Counted from the first letter of the stretch, positions 10,271 through 21,056 are shown. The stretch is 64,000 bases of DNA from an uncultured bacterium (GCA_964607485.1 CAZSKP010000005.1:64001-128000); one strand, 5' to 3'. Notes: generated by a model not told the origin, from the sequence alone. A program made the numbers and translations.

Positions 10271-12997
10271 ATGACGGAATCTCCGAGGCGCAGCCGCCTT
10301 GTGCTGCTTGCGGCGCTCGTTCTCTGTCTCTCGATTGGGTGCAACCGGCGCGATCTCTCGAGGCCTGAGTACAAGTATGACAGGGAGAGAACATCGGAAG
10401 AGCTGCGTCGGCTCGAACAAATGACGGAGCTCGAAGAGGTGCTCGGACGCGACATCGAAAAGTTGAGCAAAATGTTGAAGAAGCGCGAGTCCGTCAAGTC
10501 GCTCCGGGAGATGCAGGATCTCCTTGTCCAATGCCGCGACGAATATCTTAAGGGATTGAAAGGTGAATCCGGCGTTCCTCTCGGGGGAATCGGGGCCGGA
10601 ACGGTCGAGCTGCGGCCCGACGGCGGCCTGCATGATTGGCGAATCGCCGGAAACTGGGACGTGGCCAAAGAGCCGGAGTTCTGCTACTTCGCCGTCCGAA
10701 CGCATTCGCCTCGCCGCGGCCCATCGACTCGCGTGTTGCAGAATTCGGACTGGGCGGGCCGGATGAAAACACAGGATATTGGATACGACGGCCGATTCCC
10801 CTTCGTCTTCCTCGACTATGGCTCTGGTCGGCAACCCGTCTCGACGCGCTGTGTCGTGTTCTCGCCGCTCATCCCGCACAACGCCGAAGACTCATGCCTC
10901 CCGCTCGCCTGTTTCAAGTTCACGCTGGAGAACACGTCGGCGGAAGATGTCCACGTGTCGATAATGTTTGCCGCCGGCATGTCCGACCTGATGGAGGGGG
11001 GCGCTGTCGATTTCGATCGGACTGAGGATATTTGGACGGTTAGCTACGGATCGGGCCGGGACGCGGTCGCCCTTTCGACCACTTTGCAAAATTCAAGCCA
11101 TGCAGCAGGCTGGCCGGGCGGTTTTCTGCCTCCGGAATTCGCTCGCACCGGAAGGCTCGGCGACGACGCCGGGAATGAGGACAACGGCCGGATCGCACTC
11201 TGCACGGAGCTTGACCTGAAACCCCATGAATCAAAGGACGCGCTGTTTCTCCTATCATGGTTTTTCCCCGACTTCAGGCAACGGCCGACGCGGAGCTACC
11301 AGATGGAGGTGAAGTTCAAAGAGTTGGGAACGACGCAGGAGGCCGAGGCCCGGAAATACTTTGGCCGAAGGTACAACCACTTCGGAAGCGCGAAAGGCGT
11401 GATACGGTATTTCGTGCAGAATCGTTCGCGGCTGGAAGATGCAACCAGGCAATGGCATGAACTCATTCAGAAGAGCACGCTCGACGATAAGCTCAAGCAT
11501 TTCCTCCCGAATTCCTTATACCCACTGTTCAAGACGTCGTTCTGGACGGAGAACGGGCTCTTCAATATTTTGGAGTCCACGAATGCCGCTCCCAACCTGG
11601 ATTGCGTTCACGTCAGATATTACGGCTCCATTCCGCTTGCGCTCATGTTTCCCGAGCTCGACAAGCAGGTCCTCAGGCGGCTGGCCCAGCACAGAGGCCC
11701 GTTCGGCGGCGAGAAGAAGGGCCAGATACCGGAACAGTTCTACGGCTTTTGCTTCGAGATACCCTTCGGACGCGCCCTGCTTCAGAACAACCTCGTGTTT
11801 GTGCTGATGGTGTATAGAGACTATGTGTGGACAGGCGATATGGAGTTCCTTCGCGAAATGTGGCCGGCGGTTGAGGAGGCGATGGCGCTGGCCGCGTCGG
11901 CCGATACCGATGCGGACGACCTGCCGGACGAGACCGGGATATTGCAGTCCTATGATGATTACGACATGGGCGACTCGTCGGCGTACATCTCGGGCATCTG
12001 GCTCGCCTCGCTCAGAGCGGCCGAGGAAATCGCTCTGGCAATGAACAAGCCGGAAGCCGCCAAAAATTTTCACGACTCATTTGTCGAGAGCCGCCAGTCG
12101 ATGGAAGACCTGCTTTGGGCGGGCGAATATTATGCTTTCACCGAGGGAGAAAGGGGAAAGGTCTGTTTTGCGGACATGCTCAATGGACAGTGGTACGCGG
12201 ACATGCTCGGCCTGGGCGATTTGCTCGACAGGGACCGGGTGCGAAGTTCGCTCGCGTCGGTTTTCAAATACAACTATCCCGCGACACCCTACGGCATCGT
12301 GAACGGCTTCTTGCCCGGGAGCGGGATAGATTTCCCCGAGCAGGCCGGCTACTTCCAGGCGCAGAGCGGCTCCGTTTGGACTGGCGCCACGTTCGCAGTC
12401 GCATCGCTGGGACTCTACCGGGGTTTTTATGATGAGCCGATGCGAGCGGTCGGCGAGGTCTATGACAACTATTCGACGCGTCTCGGAAACCTCTGGAACC
12501 TGCGCGAGGCCAACGACCCCGAATCGGGCCTGCCGATGGCCTGGCCGTATTATTACAGGGCGATGTCGCTGTGGTCCGTTCTGCTGGGAGTCGAGGGATT
12601 TCGGTACAACGCGCCGGAGGCGCGGCTGACCATAAGGCCGCCGGAAAAAGCAACTCACCTCAAAGCCCCGCTGATTGTACCGGGCGCGGTGGCCGAGGTG
12701 GAACTGGACGGAGAAGACGGCGAAACTCGTCTCTCCATAACGACTCACAGTGGTGCTCTCCGAGTCGAACAGGTCAGGATGCCCGGTGAAATCCCGGACG
12801 GAACGCCGGAGCATTCCGTCCGACTACGTGGGACTGCGGTAGATTCACAGCTCTCACACGACGGCGACGGACACGTCGTGACACTTTCACGAGCGCAGCA
12901 GATTCGTCCCAAGGAGACATTGGAAATAACCATTGAGGAAGGGCAAGCCGGAGTATTGAACGATGGACAAACAGCCCAAAATGCGAGAAGTAGATAG
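10271..12997 (+). CDS. GH116 (non-lysosomal glucosylceramidase-like) glycoside hydrolase, predicted lipoprotein
   Basis: GVPLGGIGAGTVEL GH116 N-terminal motif; QSYDDY, GQWYADMLGLG, VWTG and YYRAMSLW in the (alpha/alpha)6 domain; N-terminal hydrophobic stretch ending LSIGC. Confidence 0.85.
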   Translation: MTESPRRSRLVLLAALVLCLSIGCNRRDLSRPEYKYDRERTSEELRRLEQMTELEEVLGRDIEKLSKMLKKRESVKSLREMQDLLVQCRDEYLKGLKGESGVPLGGIGAGTVELRPDGGLHDWRIAGNWDVAKEPEFCYFAVRTHSPRRGPSTRVLQNSDWAGRMKTQDIGYDGRFPFVFLDYGSGRQPVSTRCVVFSPLIPHNAEDSCLPLACFKFTLENTSAEDVHVSIMFAAGMSDLMEGGAVDFDRTEDIWTVSYGSGRDAVALSTTLQNSSHAAGWPGGFLPPEFARTGRLGDDAGNEDNGRIALCTELDLKPHESKDALFLLSWFFPDFRQRPTRSYQMEVKFKELGTTQEAEARKYFGRRYNHFGSAKGVIRYFVQNRSRLEDATRQWHELIQKSTLDDKLKHFLPNSLYPLFKTSFWTENGLFNILESTNAAPNLDCVHVRYYGSIPLALMFPELDKQVLRRLAQHRGPFGGEKKGQIPEQFYGFCFEIPFGRALLQNNLVFVLMVYRDYVWTGDMEFLREMWPAVEEAMALAASADTDADDLPDETGILQSYDDYDMGDSSAYISGIWLASLRAAEEIALAMNKPEAAKNFHDSFVESRQSMEDLLWAGEYYAFTEGERGKVCFADMLNGQWYADMLGLGDLLDRDRVRSSLASVFKYNYPATPYGIVNGFLPGSGIDFPEQAGYFQAQSGSVWTGATFAVASLGLYRGFYDEPMRAVGEVYDNYSTRLGNLWNLREANDPESGLPMAWPYYYRAMSLWSVLLGVEGFRYNAPEARLTIRPPEKATHLKAPLIVPGAVAEVELDGEDGETRLSITTHSGALRVEQVRMPGEIPDGTPEHSVRLRGTAVDSQLSHDGDGHVVTLSRAQQIRPKETLEITIEEGQAGVLNDGQTAQNARSR

Positions 12998-13928
12998 TGT
13001 CGAGATAACCACGCTGGTCGATAACACCGTCGACGCTTTGCTGGAGAGCGGCGACAACGTGAAGCGCGCTCCCAGAGTGCGTGACGGCGCGCCTGCCCCG
13101 CCGCTTCTGGCCGAGCACGGTTTCTCGGCCGTCATCCGCGTGGCCGATGGGGACGAAGCTCACACGATCCTGCTCGACGCCGGGTTCAGCGAGACCACGA
13201 TGCTTATCAACGCCGACCGGCTCGGTACAGACTTCACCGAAGTCGAGGCGGTCGTCATCAGTCACGGCCACGTCGATCACATCAAGGCATTGATGCCCGC
13301 GCTCGAACGCCTGCGTGCCGGCACCCCCATAGTGATACACCCGCACGCTTTCCGGCCTCGCATCATAAAGATTCCCGGTGGCGCCCAGGTAAGGATGACG
13401 CCTCTCGACCCAGCGGCGCTCGAAGGGGCGGGAGCGAGAATAGTACGGGAGGAAGGCCCGTCATCGGTGGCCGACGGAATGATTCTCGTGACCGGCCAGA
13501 TTCCGCGGACCACGGAGTTTGAATTCGGCTTCCCGGTGCAATACGCCGTCGTTGACGGGGTCGAGCAGCACGACCCGCTCACCCCCGACGACCAGGCGCT
13601 CGTTGCTGCCGTCAGGGGAAAAGGGCTTGTGATAATCTCAGGATGCGCGCACGCCGGAATCATCAACACGGTGAACTACGCCCGTGAGCTGACCGGCGTG
13701 GAAAAAGTGCACGCGGTCGTCGGGGGTTTTCATCTGGCGGGGCCATTGTACGAATCGATCATCGACCCGACAGTTGCCGCAATCGAGCGAATCGCCCCCG
13801 ATTTTCTCCTGCCCACTCATTGCACGGGATATAAGGCGGTACACGAGTTTGCCCGGCGGATGCCCGACGCGTTCATCCAGAACAGCGTCGGCACCCGATT
13901 GATCTTCGGCTCTCTCCCAAACGCTTAA
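12963..13928 (+). CDS. MBL-fold metallo-hydrolase (AEHG / SGCAH / GGFHL / HCTG subfamily)
   Basis: LAEHGFS, ISHGHVDH, SGCAHAGIIN, GGFHL and HCTG motifs. Confidence 0.9.
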   Translation: MDKQPKMREVDSVEITTLVDNTVDALLESGDNVKRAPRVRDGAPAPPLLAEHGFSAVIRVADGDEAHTILLDAGFSETTMLINADRLGTDFTEVEAVVISHGHVDHIKALMPALERLRAGTPIVIHPHAFRPRIIKIPGGAQVRMTPLDPAALEGAGARIVREEGPSSVADGMILVTGQIPRTTEFEFGFPVQYAVVDGVEQHDPLTPDDQALVAAVRGKGLVIISGCAHAGIINTVNYARELTGVEKVHAVVGGFHLAGPLYESIIDPTVAAIERIAPDFLLPTHCTGYKAVHEFARRMPDAFIQNSVGTRLIFGSLPNA

Positions 13929-13942
13929 CGCGGAAAGGAGCG

Positions 13943-14956
13943 ATGGAAATGTTCGACAGGGAAAAATGCGACCTGTGCGGCGATTGTCTCGTGGAGTGCA
14001 AGTACACCGATTACGACCGCGAGAGCGCAATCGCCGAGATGACCGCGCTTGTCGAGGGACGCCCGACCGACATCGTCAAGCAGTGCATCACATGCGCGGC
14101 CTGCAACGAAGTCTGCGAGAAGGGAGCGAACCCGTTCGACCTCATTTGTGAGACTCAAGAGAAGACCGGTGCGCTCAACGTGCCGGAGGCGGTCGTCGCG
14201 ATGTTCGATTCAATGTGCAAAGGACGCAACGAGGTCCGCAAGGGCGCTCCCGGCAAGCCCGCCCTCTCCTCGTGCATCATCGGGCCGGCGCTGCCGCGGC
14301 CGCTTGAGGGCTCGCTTTTCGACGACCTCACTCGTATTCGGGGCGAGGACTACTTTTGCTACATCGGCTGGGTTCATCTGGGCATGTCGAGCCCGCTGGA
14401 GAAGGGTATCCAATCCTTCATTGACAACTTGGCCGCGACGGGGGAAAAGGAGATAGTGTTCGTGCACGACGACTGCTATGCCACCGTCACGAGCCAGGCG
14501 AAGCAATACGGCATCGACGTGCCGTTCCGTCCCATCCACGTACTCGAATACCTGCGCGACCAGATGAAAGCGCGGAAGAGCGACATCAAGAAGCTGAACA
14601 TGAAGATCGCATACCAGCGCCCGTGCGCCTCGCGCTACACTCCCGAGAAGGAGCCGATGGTCGATGAATTGTTCGATTTGATCGGCGTGGAGCGGGTCGC
14701 GCGAAAGTACGACCGCAAGGACGCGCTCTGCTGCGGATTGCCGCTGATGTTCCGTGATATGGAAAGGGGAGCGGAAATCCAGGCGAGGAATCTCGACGAC
14801 GCCAAACAGGCCGGCGCCACCGCGATGACGTTCCTCTGCCCCGTCTGTATCCGCGGCCTGGGCACCGGCAGCATCGAACGCGGGCTCGACATATACATGG
14901 TAGGCGACCTGTGCCGGCTCGCGCTTGGGGAACAGATACCGGAGTATTCGCCGTAG
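13943..14956 (+). CDS. Fe-S-binding protein with CCG domain (HdrD/GlpC-like)
   Basis: CDLCGDCLVEC and CITCAACNEVC ferredoxin motifs; YQRPC...LCCG...CPVC CCG domain. Confidence 0.85.
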   Translation: MEMFDREKCDLCGDCLVECKYTDYDRESAIAEMTALVEGRPTDIVKQCITCAACNEVCEKGANPFDLICETQEKTGALNVPEAVVAMFDSMCKGRNEVRKGAPGKPALSSCIIGPALPRPLEGSLFDDLTRIRGEDYFCYIGWVHLGMSSPLEKGIQSFIDNLAATGEKEIVFVHDDCYATVTSQAKQYGIDVPFRPIHVLEYLRDQMKARKSDIKKLNMKIAYQRPCASRYTPEKEPMVDELFDLIGVERVARKYDRKDALCCGLPLMFRDMERGAEIQARNLDDAKQAGATAMTFLCPVCIRGLGTGSIERGLDIYMVGDLCRLALGEQIPEYSP

Positions 14957-15109
14957 CGCTTTGTTGACTGTATTTTCGGCCGTCGATTCGTTCTCATAGA
15001 AGCTTCCGGCCGCGAGGCGCTGCGCCTGATTCTGCATTTGCGCTTCCGGATTTTTCAGGGTAATATAGAGAATCATGGGGACCAGGCGGAAAGGCGGAGG
15101 GCTTTAATC

Positions 15110-16255
15110 ATGAAGGGTAAACAATCCACGGTCGTAATTATCGTAGTAGTTGTCGCCGTTTTGATTGTCATCGGCCTGCTTTACCGGAGGTCCGCCGAAA
15201 GGCAGAGGAAGGCCGAAGAAGACAAACAAGCCACAGAGCAGGCGCGTCTGGCAAGGGAGGCGCAGGCGAAACGAGAGAGGATGGAAGCCGGGAAAGTCCC
15301 CGAAGCGCCGGCTGTTCCCGCTCCCGAGGAGGCCGCCCCGTCCGAACCCACGGAGCCGGCTAAGCCGCTCCCGTTCGAACCGGTCCCGATCGAACCTGCC
15401 GTTGAGGTCCCGATGCCTCCTCCAATCTCCGATGCGAAGTGCACACCCGACTCTCCGGCCATGGTCAAGAAGAGACAGGCTGCCGTTCCCGAGGGAATGG
15501 TGTATGTTTCGAGCGGGGTGTTCATCATGGGCAGCTCGCCCGATGCGGGCTACACCGACGAAACGCCGGCTCACCGCGTGTGTCTCAGCGGCTTCTATAT
15601 CGATAAGTACGAGGTAACCAACGCCCAGTTTAAGAAGTTTGTGGATGCCACCGGCTATGTCACGGATGCGGAAAAGGACGTCGCATCCCAGGGCGGTCGC
15701 ACCTGGCGCCACCCTTACGGTCCCGAATCGAATGCGGACGATATGCCCAATTATCCCGTCCTCTGCGTGAGCTGGAACGACGCGAACGCCTATGCAAACT
15801 GGGCCGGGAAGAGACTCCCGACCGAGGCCGAGTGGGAAAAGGCCGCGCGCGGAACCGACGGCCGGATCTACCCGTGGGGAAACGCGGAGCCTAATGCGGC
15901 ATCGGCGAACATAGCCGATAAGAGCACAGGGCTCAAGTGGAGCAACGCATCTCTCGACGATAAACACAAGACGGCGGCGCCCGTGGGAAGCTTTCCCGGC
16001 GGAAAGAGCGCTTACGGGGCAGAGGACATGGCGGGCAACGTGTGGGAATGGTGTCTCGACTGGTGGGACAGCGATTTTTATAAGAACAGTCCCTCGCAGA
16101 ATCCGACCGGTCCGCAGGCGGGAGAATTCAAAGTCATACGCGGCGGCTCGTGGTTTTACAACGCCGCCGGAGCGAAGGCGGCCCGCAGGATGTACTTCAG
16201 GCCGACGGGCAGCAGCGCCGCCATCGGATTCCGTTGCGTCAAGGATGTGGGATAG
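15110..16255 (+). CDS. Membrane-anchored FGE-sulfatase (SUMF1/EgtB/PvdO) domain protein
   Basis: N-terminal TM, Pro-rich linker, FIMGS, KYEVTNAQF, RLPTEAEWEKAARG, DMAGNVWEW, RGGSW, IGFRCV. Confidence 0.9.
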   Translation: MKGKQSTVVIIVVVVAVLIVIGLLYRRSAERQRKAEEDKQATEQARLAREAQAKRERMEAGKVPEAPAVPAPEEAAPSEPTEPAKPLPFEPVPIEPAVEVPMPPPISDAKCTPDSPAMVKKRQAAVPEGMVYVSSGVFIMGSSPDAGYTDETPAHRVCLSGFYIDKYEVTNAQFKKFVDATGYVTDAEKDVASQGGRTWRHPYGPESNADDMPNYPVLCVSWNDANAYANWAGKRLPTEAEWEKAARGTDGRIYPWGNAEPNAASANIADKSTGLKWSNASLDDKHKTAAPVGSFPGGKSAYGAEDMAGNVWEWCLDWWDSDFYKNSPSQNPTGPQAGEFKVIRGGSWFYNAAGAKAARRMYFRPTGSSAAIGFRCVKDVG

Positions 16256-16276
16256 AATTCCACTGGAGCGATTGAT

Positions 16277-17071
16277 ATGCGAGTGCGTTGGAGATATCTG
16301 GTCGCGGCCACGCTGGTTGCGTCGGCGCTTGGATGCGCCTCTCTGCCTCTGACGGAACGGCCGGAGATCGAAGCTGTTCGTCCGCGGATAAGCGGCATCG
16401 ATTTTCAGGGAGTGAACATGGCCTTCGACGTCGATGTCCGCAACCCTTATCCTCTTCCCCTTCGCACACCCCGCTTTCGATATGGAATTGATATAGAAGG
16501 TTCCAGATTCTTCGATTCAGAGGCCGCATCCGGTATCGACCTCCCCGCAAGCGGAGTGGGCACCGTGACACTGCCCATGCGACTGTCTTACTCCGACCTG
16601 TGGCGTACCTATGGGAACCTCGCCGGCGCTTCCCAGGCTGACTATACCCTTCGCGGCGCACTGCTAATTCCCGTCGCAGGACGGTCGCTGGAGCTTCCCC
16701 TCTCACACAGCGGAACATTTCCCATTCTTCGACCGCCCACGTTCTCGGACATCAAGGTTCAGCTTGGCGATGTTTCTCTCACCAGGGCAGGAGTGAGCGT
16801 TGACGCGGTGATGAAAAACCCCAATGCCTTCGCTCTGGGTCTGGAACACCTCGGTTATGCGCTCAAACTGGGCGACGCCAAGCTAGGCGGCCTCACGGCG
16901 ACAACCGCCAGCACACTGGCCGCCGGCCAGACGGGACGGATGACTCTCTCGGGCGAGGTTTCTGCGGCAAGCGCCTTGTTCAACATGCTCATGAGTGGAG
17001 GCAAGGGCGGGGCGGAAATTGTCCCGTCAGGGTCGATCCAAACACCGTATGGAACGGTGAAACTTCCATGA
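16277..17071 (+). CDS. LEA type 2 (WHy) domain lipoprotein, two domains
   Basis: Lipobox ALGC; two NPN/NPY motifs (VRNPYPLPL, MKNPNAFAL). Confidence 0.8.
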   Translation: MRVRWRYLVAATLVASALGCASLPLTERPEIEAVRPRISGIDFQGVNMAFDVDVRNPYPLPLRTPRFRYGIDIEGSRFFDSEAASGIDLPASGVGTVTLPMRLSYSDLWRTYGNLAGASQADYTLRGALLIPVAGRSLELPLSHSGTFPILRPPTFSDIKVQLGDVSLTRAGVSVDAVMKNPNAFALGLEHLGYALKLGDAKLGGLTATTASTLAAGQTGRMTLSGEVSAASALFNMLMSGGKGGAEIVPSGSIQTPYGTVKLP

Positions 17072-17152
17072 CGAGGCCGAAGCGAGCCCCGATGAGTATG
17101 GGTGGAAGCGGCGTGGACGGACTGCCTAGTTTCTGAGAAGAAGGAAATAGGA

Positions 17153-18196
17153 ATGGACGCGTTGGTGAAGCTGAGCAGCGTGGTGGGGCTTTCTCTCACC
17201 TCGGGGATAAATCTCTACGCGACCGTGGCTGTCGTGGGGCTCGTCACGAAGTTCGACATGATAAAGGGACTGCCTCCCGAATTCCAGGCATTCAACAATA
17301 ACTTCATTATTATCCTCGCCATAGTTCTCTACCTTTGCGAATTTGCAGCCGACAAGATTCCCGCCTTCGACACCGTCTGGGACAGCGTGCACACCATAAT
17401 TCGACCGTTCGGAGCGGCATTGGTCTCGCTGGCAGCCGTCGGCGAGGCAGGCCCGTCGGTAGAGGTCGGCGTCGCACTGCTCGGCGCGAGCCTTGCGCTG
17501 GCCACCCACACGGCGAAGGCGGGCACCCGGCTGGTGGTCAATACCAGTCCCGAGCCGTTCTCGAATATCGCCCTCAGCCTCGCGGAGGACGTAGGAGTGG
17601 TGGGGATGTCGCTTCTCGTCATGTCTCACCCAATTATCTCGCTTGTGGTCAGCCTGGTAGTCCTGGTTCTCCTTATAAAGTTCGGACCCGGGCTGTGGAG
17701 AGGAGCCATCCTGATTGTCAGGGCGATTCCGGCAAAACTCTTCTCGGGAGCATCCGGCGGGGGAGAAGCGGGGCTGAAAGAATTTCTGCCTGATAGCATC
17801 GAGGAGGCGATCGACGCTGAGACGTCAAAGAACGAAGAAGTTCAGGCTTCCATGAAATGCTTCGCGCGTAAGGTGAAGGGATGCGGAAGAAATAAGAAGG
17901 GATACCTCGTCCTGACCGATAACCGGCTGCTCTTTGCGTTTCGAAAATTTTTCAGAACGAGAGTGAAGCAGTGGAAGCTCGCGGACGTGGACAAGGTAAG
18001 GCTGAACAGGAGATTCCTGTTGGATGTGCTCGGAGTCAAGAGCGAGGGAAGATTCCTGCAGTTCATCTTCCTGAAGAACAAGTCCGCTTCCGCCGGCCGA
18101 CTGTGCGAAGTGCTGGATGAAAAGCTCGGCCGCCCGGATTCAAGAGAAGTCGCGCCGGGAGAGGCGGCGAGCGGCGCTGATATCGCCGGCGAATAG
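17153..18196 (+). CDS. DUF4126-like membrane protein with C-terminal bacterial PH-like domain
   Basis: SGINLYAT, EFAADKIPAFDTVWDSVHTIIRP, NTSPEPFSNIALSLAED; C-terminal GYLVLTDNRLLF. Confidence 0.8.
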   Translation: MDALVKLSSVVGLSLTSGINLYATVAVVGLVTKFDMIKGLPPEFQAFNNNFIIILAIVLYLCEFAADKIPAFDTVWDSVHTIIRPFGAALVSLAAVGEAGPSVEVGVALLGASLALATHTAKAGTRLVVNTSPEPFSNIALSLAEDVGVVGMSLLVMSHPIISLVVSLVVLVLLIKFGPGLWRGAILIVRAIPAKLFSGASGGGEAGLKEFLPDSIEEAIDAETSKNEEVQASMKCFARKVKGCGRNKKGYLVLTDNRLLFAFRKFFRTRVKQWKLADVDKVRLNRRFLLDVLGVKSEGRFLQFIFLKNKSASAGRLCEVLDEKLGRPDSREVAPGEAASGADIAGE

Positions 18197-18204
18197 TCCC
18201 CCCA

Positions 18205-18972
18205 TCAGTACAGAAGCCTGCTCCATTGCAGTAGTCCCATGAACACGAGCGCCGCCGACATTGCGACGCCGAAGAGCACGTCAACCCCGCCAATTGAAAA
18301 ATCGTCCATTGCGTAGAACTTTCCCTTGAAACCTCGACATAACATGGCGGCATAGACTGCCTGCGCGCTTTCGTAACTGCTCACCAAAAGCATCCCCACC
18401 ATGTTCGCGTACGACCGATACGTATGCAGGTTGGCGCCGGGCCGGAAGCAGCGCACCTTCATCGAGGCCCTGAGCCGCAGATACTCGCGGTTTATCACGC
18501 CGAGATACCGAAGCATGAAGAGGAGCACGTGGATTATCTTTTCGGGAACGTGCAGCCTGCCGAGGGCGCGGCCGATGTCGGTCAGGTGTGTCGTCGAGAG
18601 AAGAGCGATGCACGTGAGGACGATGGCGTTCGATTTAACGGTGATGAGGAGCGCGTAGGCAGCCCCTTCGCGCGAGAACGCCAGCGGGCCGACGTGGAAC
18701 ACGACCTCGCCGGGATAGGTGAACGGCAGCATGAGCCACAACAGAAGCATGAACCCGTTGACGAGCAGCATTCGATACGCGATCGCCCGGGCGGGCAGCC
18801 TCGCCACCGAGGCGAGCACAACCGCCAGCCCCAGTGCCAGCATCAGCGCGGGAAAGCGGTCTGCCACGGCCGTCAAGATTGAAAAAGCTACGGCGGCGAC
18901 GATTTTCACCCGCGGGTCGAGCCGGTGAACGAAAGAATCACCGTCGGCAAACGTTTCTTCCAGCATGCTCAT
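18205..18972 (-). CDS. cbiQ: Co/Ni ECF transporter T component
   Basis: HRLDPRVKI...RYLGVINREY...MKVRCF...AMLCRGF. Confidence 0.92.
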   Translation of the reverse strand: MSMLEETFADGDSFVHRLDPRVKIVAAVAFSILTAVADRFPALMLALGLAVVLASVARLPARAIAYRMLLVNGFMLLLWLMLPFTYPGEVVFHVGPLAFSREGAAYALLITVKSNAIVLTCIALLSTTHLTDIGRALGRLHVPEKIIHVLLFMLRYLGVINREYLRLRASMKVRCFRPGANLHTYRSYANMVGMLLVSSYESAQAVYAAMLCRGFKGKFYAMDDFSIGGVDVLFGVAMSAALVFMGLLQWSRLLY

Positions 18973-19631
18973 TATTGCCGCCTCTGGAGTCGTCTGCTGC
19001 GAAAATACAGCGCCAATCCCATCAAACCGATAATATAACCGATCCCGCCGACGATGTCGGAAAACCTCTCCCTGTCCTTGGATTCCTCGATGGCTCTGCG
19101 AATGGGCGCCAACTGTCGGGCGAGCGCTTCATCGATGGCCCGTTCAATGTCAGTCATGGCGGGTGTGGGCTCTATCGGTGCATCCTCAGGTTTTGCTGTG
19201 GGCTCTTTCGGAACCCCCGCGGGTGGAGCTTCAGGAGCCGTTCCCGTGGGTATATCCTCAGGCAGGCCGCCGGGAAGTTCGCTCGCCTGAATCGTGTATT
19301 CAGCCCTGTGGCCCATCGACGCAGTGAGGCGTATCAGCAGGTTCGCCCTGACCGGAGGATGGAACGAAAACGTGCCTTCGGCGTCGGTCTTGCCTTCGAG
19401 GAGTTTCTTCCCCTTGTCATCGAACACCTCGATGGTCGAGTCGCGGCATTTGCGCCCGTCGTTGAAGTAGCTTTCGGTAACCACGTTATCACCTTCCACG
19501 TAGGCGAACACGTTTACCTTGTGAGCCCACGCGGTCGATGGCGCGAGAAGCCCGGTGAGTAAACAGATGACCATGAGGGAGAATATTCTCGAACACCGAC
19601 TTCTACGTCTTGCTGAACTGAGAGTGGGCAT
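18972..19631 (-). CDS. Co/Ni transporter accessory component (CbiL/NikL-like; signal peptide and C-terminal TM)
   Basis: AWAHKVNVFAYVEG...GKTDAEGTFSF...GHRAE...DIVGGIGYIIGLMG; located between cbiM and cbiQ. Confidence 0.75.
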   Translation of the reverse strand: MPTLSSARRRSRCSRIFSLMVICLLTGLLAPSTAWAHKVNVFAYVEGDNVVTESYFNDGRKCRDSTIEVFDDKGKKLLEGKTDAEGTFSFHPPVRANLLIRLTASMGHRAEYTIQASELPGGLPEDIPTGTAPEAPPAGVPKEPTAKPEDAPIEPTPAMTDIERAIDEALARQLAPIRRAIEESKDRERFSDIVGGIGYIIGLMGLALYFRSRRLQRRQ

Positions 19632-20235
19632 AGGGCGCCTCCAGGATTTCCGGCTTGACCTTTTTCAGGAAGCCAACAACGAAAGTGGTCACCACTCCCT
19701 CGACAACCATTACGGGCAGGTGTGCGACCAACACGACCTTTGCGACTTCCAGGAACGATTCCTCCGACCAGACGAGTGAAAGTGCGACCATCAGGCCGCT
19801 CAACAGGATGGCGATGGCGCCGCACGCGAACGCTGCCGTCGCCGATACAAAAGCGCGCGAGCTGTGAATGAAGCGTCCGAACAGCAGAAAGCATATCACT
19901 GCGGGTAGGGCCATGTTCAGCGTATTTACGCCGAGCGTCGTCAGGCCGCCGAATTGAAACATGATCCCCTGCAGGAATAGAGCCACCAAAATCGCAGGGA
20001 AAGCCTCCCAGCCGAGCAACACTCCTGCGAGCCCGTTGAGCACCAGATGAACGCTCACAAAGGGGCCGACGGGCAAGTGTATGAGCGACGCCACGAAGAA
20101 CGCGCACGAGACGAGCGCCACCTGAGGAACCCGCTCGTAATCCATTTTCTTCAAGGCGTAGGCGACGCCGGCGGCGGTCAAACCACCGCCGGCAACCAGG
20201 ACTGCGGGCGATAAAACGCCTTCGGAAATGTGCAT
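19603..20235 (-). CDS. cbiM: Co/Ni ECF transporter S component
   Basis: N-terminal MHISEGVL metal-binding motif; FFVASLIH, HLVLNGLAG, GGLTTLGVN. Confidence 0.95.
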   Translation of the reverse strand: MHISEGVLSPAVLVAGGGLTAAGVAYALKKMDYERVPQVALVSCAFFVASLIHLPVGPFVSVHLVLNGLAGVLLGWEAFPAILVALFLQGIMFQFGGLTTLGVNTLNMALPAVICFLLFGRFIHSSRAFVSATAAFACGAIAILLSGLMVALSLVWSEESFLEVAKVVLVAHLPVMVVEGVVTTFVVGFLKKVKPEILEAPYAHSQFSKT

Positions 20236-20242
20236 CGCCTTA

Positions 20243-21025
20243 TTACTCCATCTCGCGGGTGTTGACCCATATCAGCGCGCCGATTTCGACGGGCACCTCG
20301 TCGCCGTCGGGATTCTTGAGCTTTTCGTCGGCCTCGCTCAGCGCGGCGAACCCCCACCAGCCCGCCTTCGGCATCGCGTAACTGAACACGCCGTTGGCAT
20401 CGGCCTTGACCACCTGGGTGATGAACGGGTCGGCGGGCGGCTTGACCTTTCCGTCCTCATTGAAGTATTCCACCTCGACCTCGGCGTAGGGAACCGGCTT
20501 GCCGTCCTTCTTCACGATTCCGCGGAACACGTTGCCGGCCCACAGCCCGTACGGGCGCGTGAGCGGCACGATCTCCGTCTTCAGCCCGAGTTCCTCATCC
20601 CAGCCCTGCTCGAGGCCCATCGCGTTCACCACGACCTTCGTGTAATGAACAATCATGAGGCCTTCGGCTGGCTCCCAGTAGGGGGCGGGCTCGACATAGA
20701 ACACGTGGTCGCCCGGCCGCTTGATTTCATACGTTGTCTTGAAGGCGGAGTGGCCCTTGTAGGTCATCGGCTCGAGGGCACCGAGCAGGTCGTGCTTCTT
20801 GCCTCCAATGAACACCCCGAACTCGGTCGGCTTCGCCATATCCATGGAATGGCCTTCCATAGGGTGTATGAACATCAGCCGCAGGGACAGCTCTCTGCTG
20901 TCCCTCGGCGAGACGATGTCCGTTGAGGGCACTATCATCTGGAAGTGTGCAAGGGCCGGCGACGCGGCTGCAAGGGTGAGAATCAAGGCAATGAGTAAAC
21001 GAGACAATGTTCCAGTGGTTTTCAT
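20243..21025 (-). CDS. DUF4198 periplasmic Ni/Co-uptake protein
   Basis: Signal peptide then [45 protein letters not shown]. Confidence 0.85.
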   Translation of the reverse strand: MKTTGTLSRLLIALILTLAAASPALAHFQMIVPSTDIVSPRDSRELSLRLMFIHPMEGHSMDMAKPTEFGVFIGGKKHDLLGALEPMTYKGHSAFKTTYEIKRPGDHVFYVEPAPYWEPAEGLMIVHYTKVVVNAMGLEQGWDEELGLKTEIVPLTRPYGLWAGNVFRGIVKKDGKPVPYAEVEVEYFNEDGKVKPPADPFITQVVKADANGVFSYAMPKAGWWGFAALSEADEKLKNPDGDEVPVEIGALIWVNTREME

Positions 21026-21056
21026 AACGGCATTCTCCTTGTCGTTGTAAATTCTA

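Noticed and set aside
15110-16255. True formylglycine-generating enzyme maturing the sulfatase at 23555
   Set aside because: The catalytic Cys pair after RGGS is absent (RGGSWFYNAAGAK), and the sulfatase lacks the canonical C/SxPxR motif.
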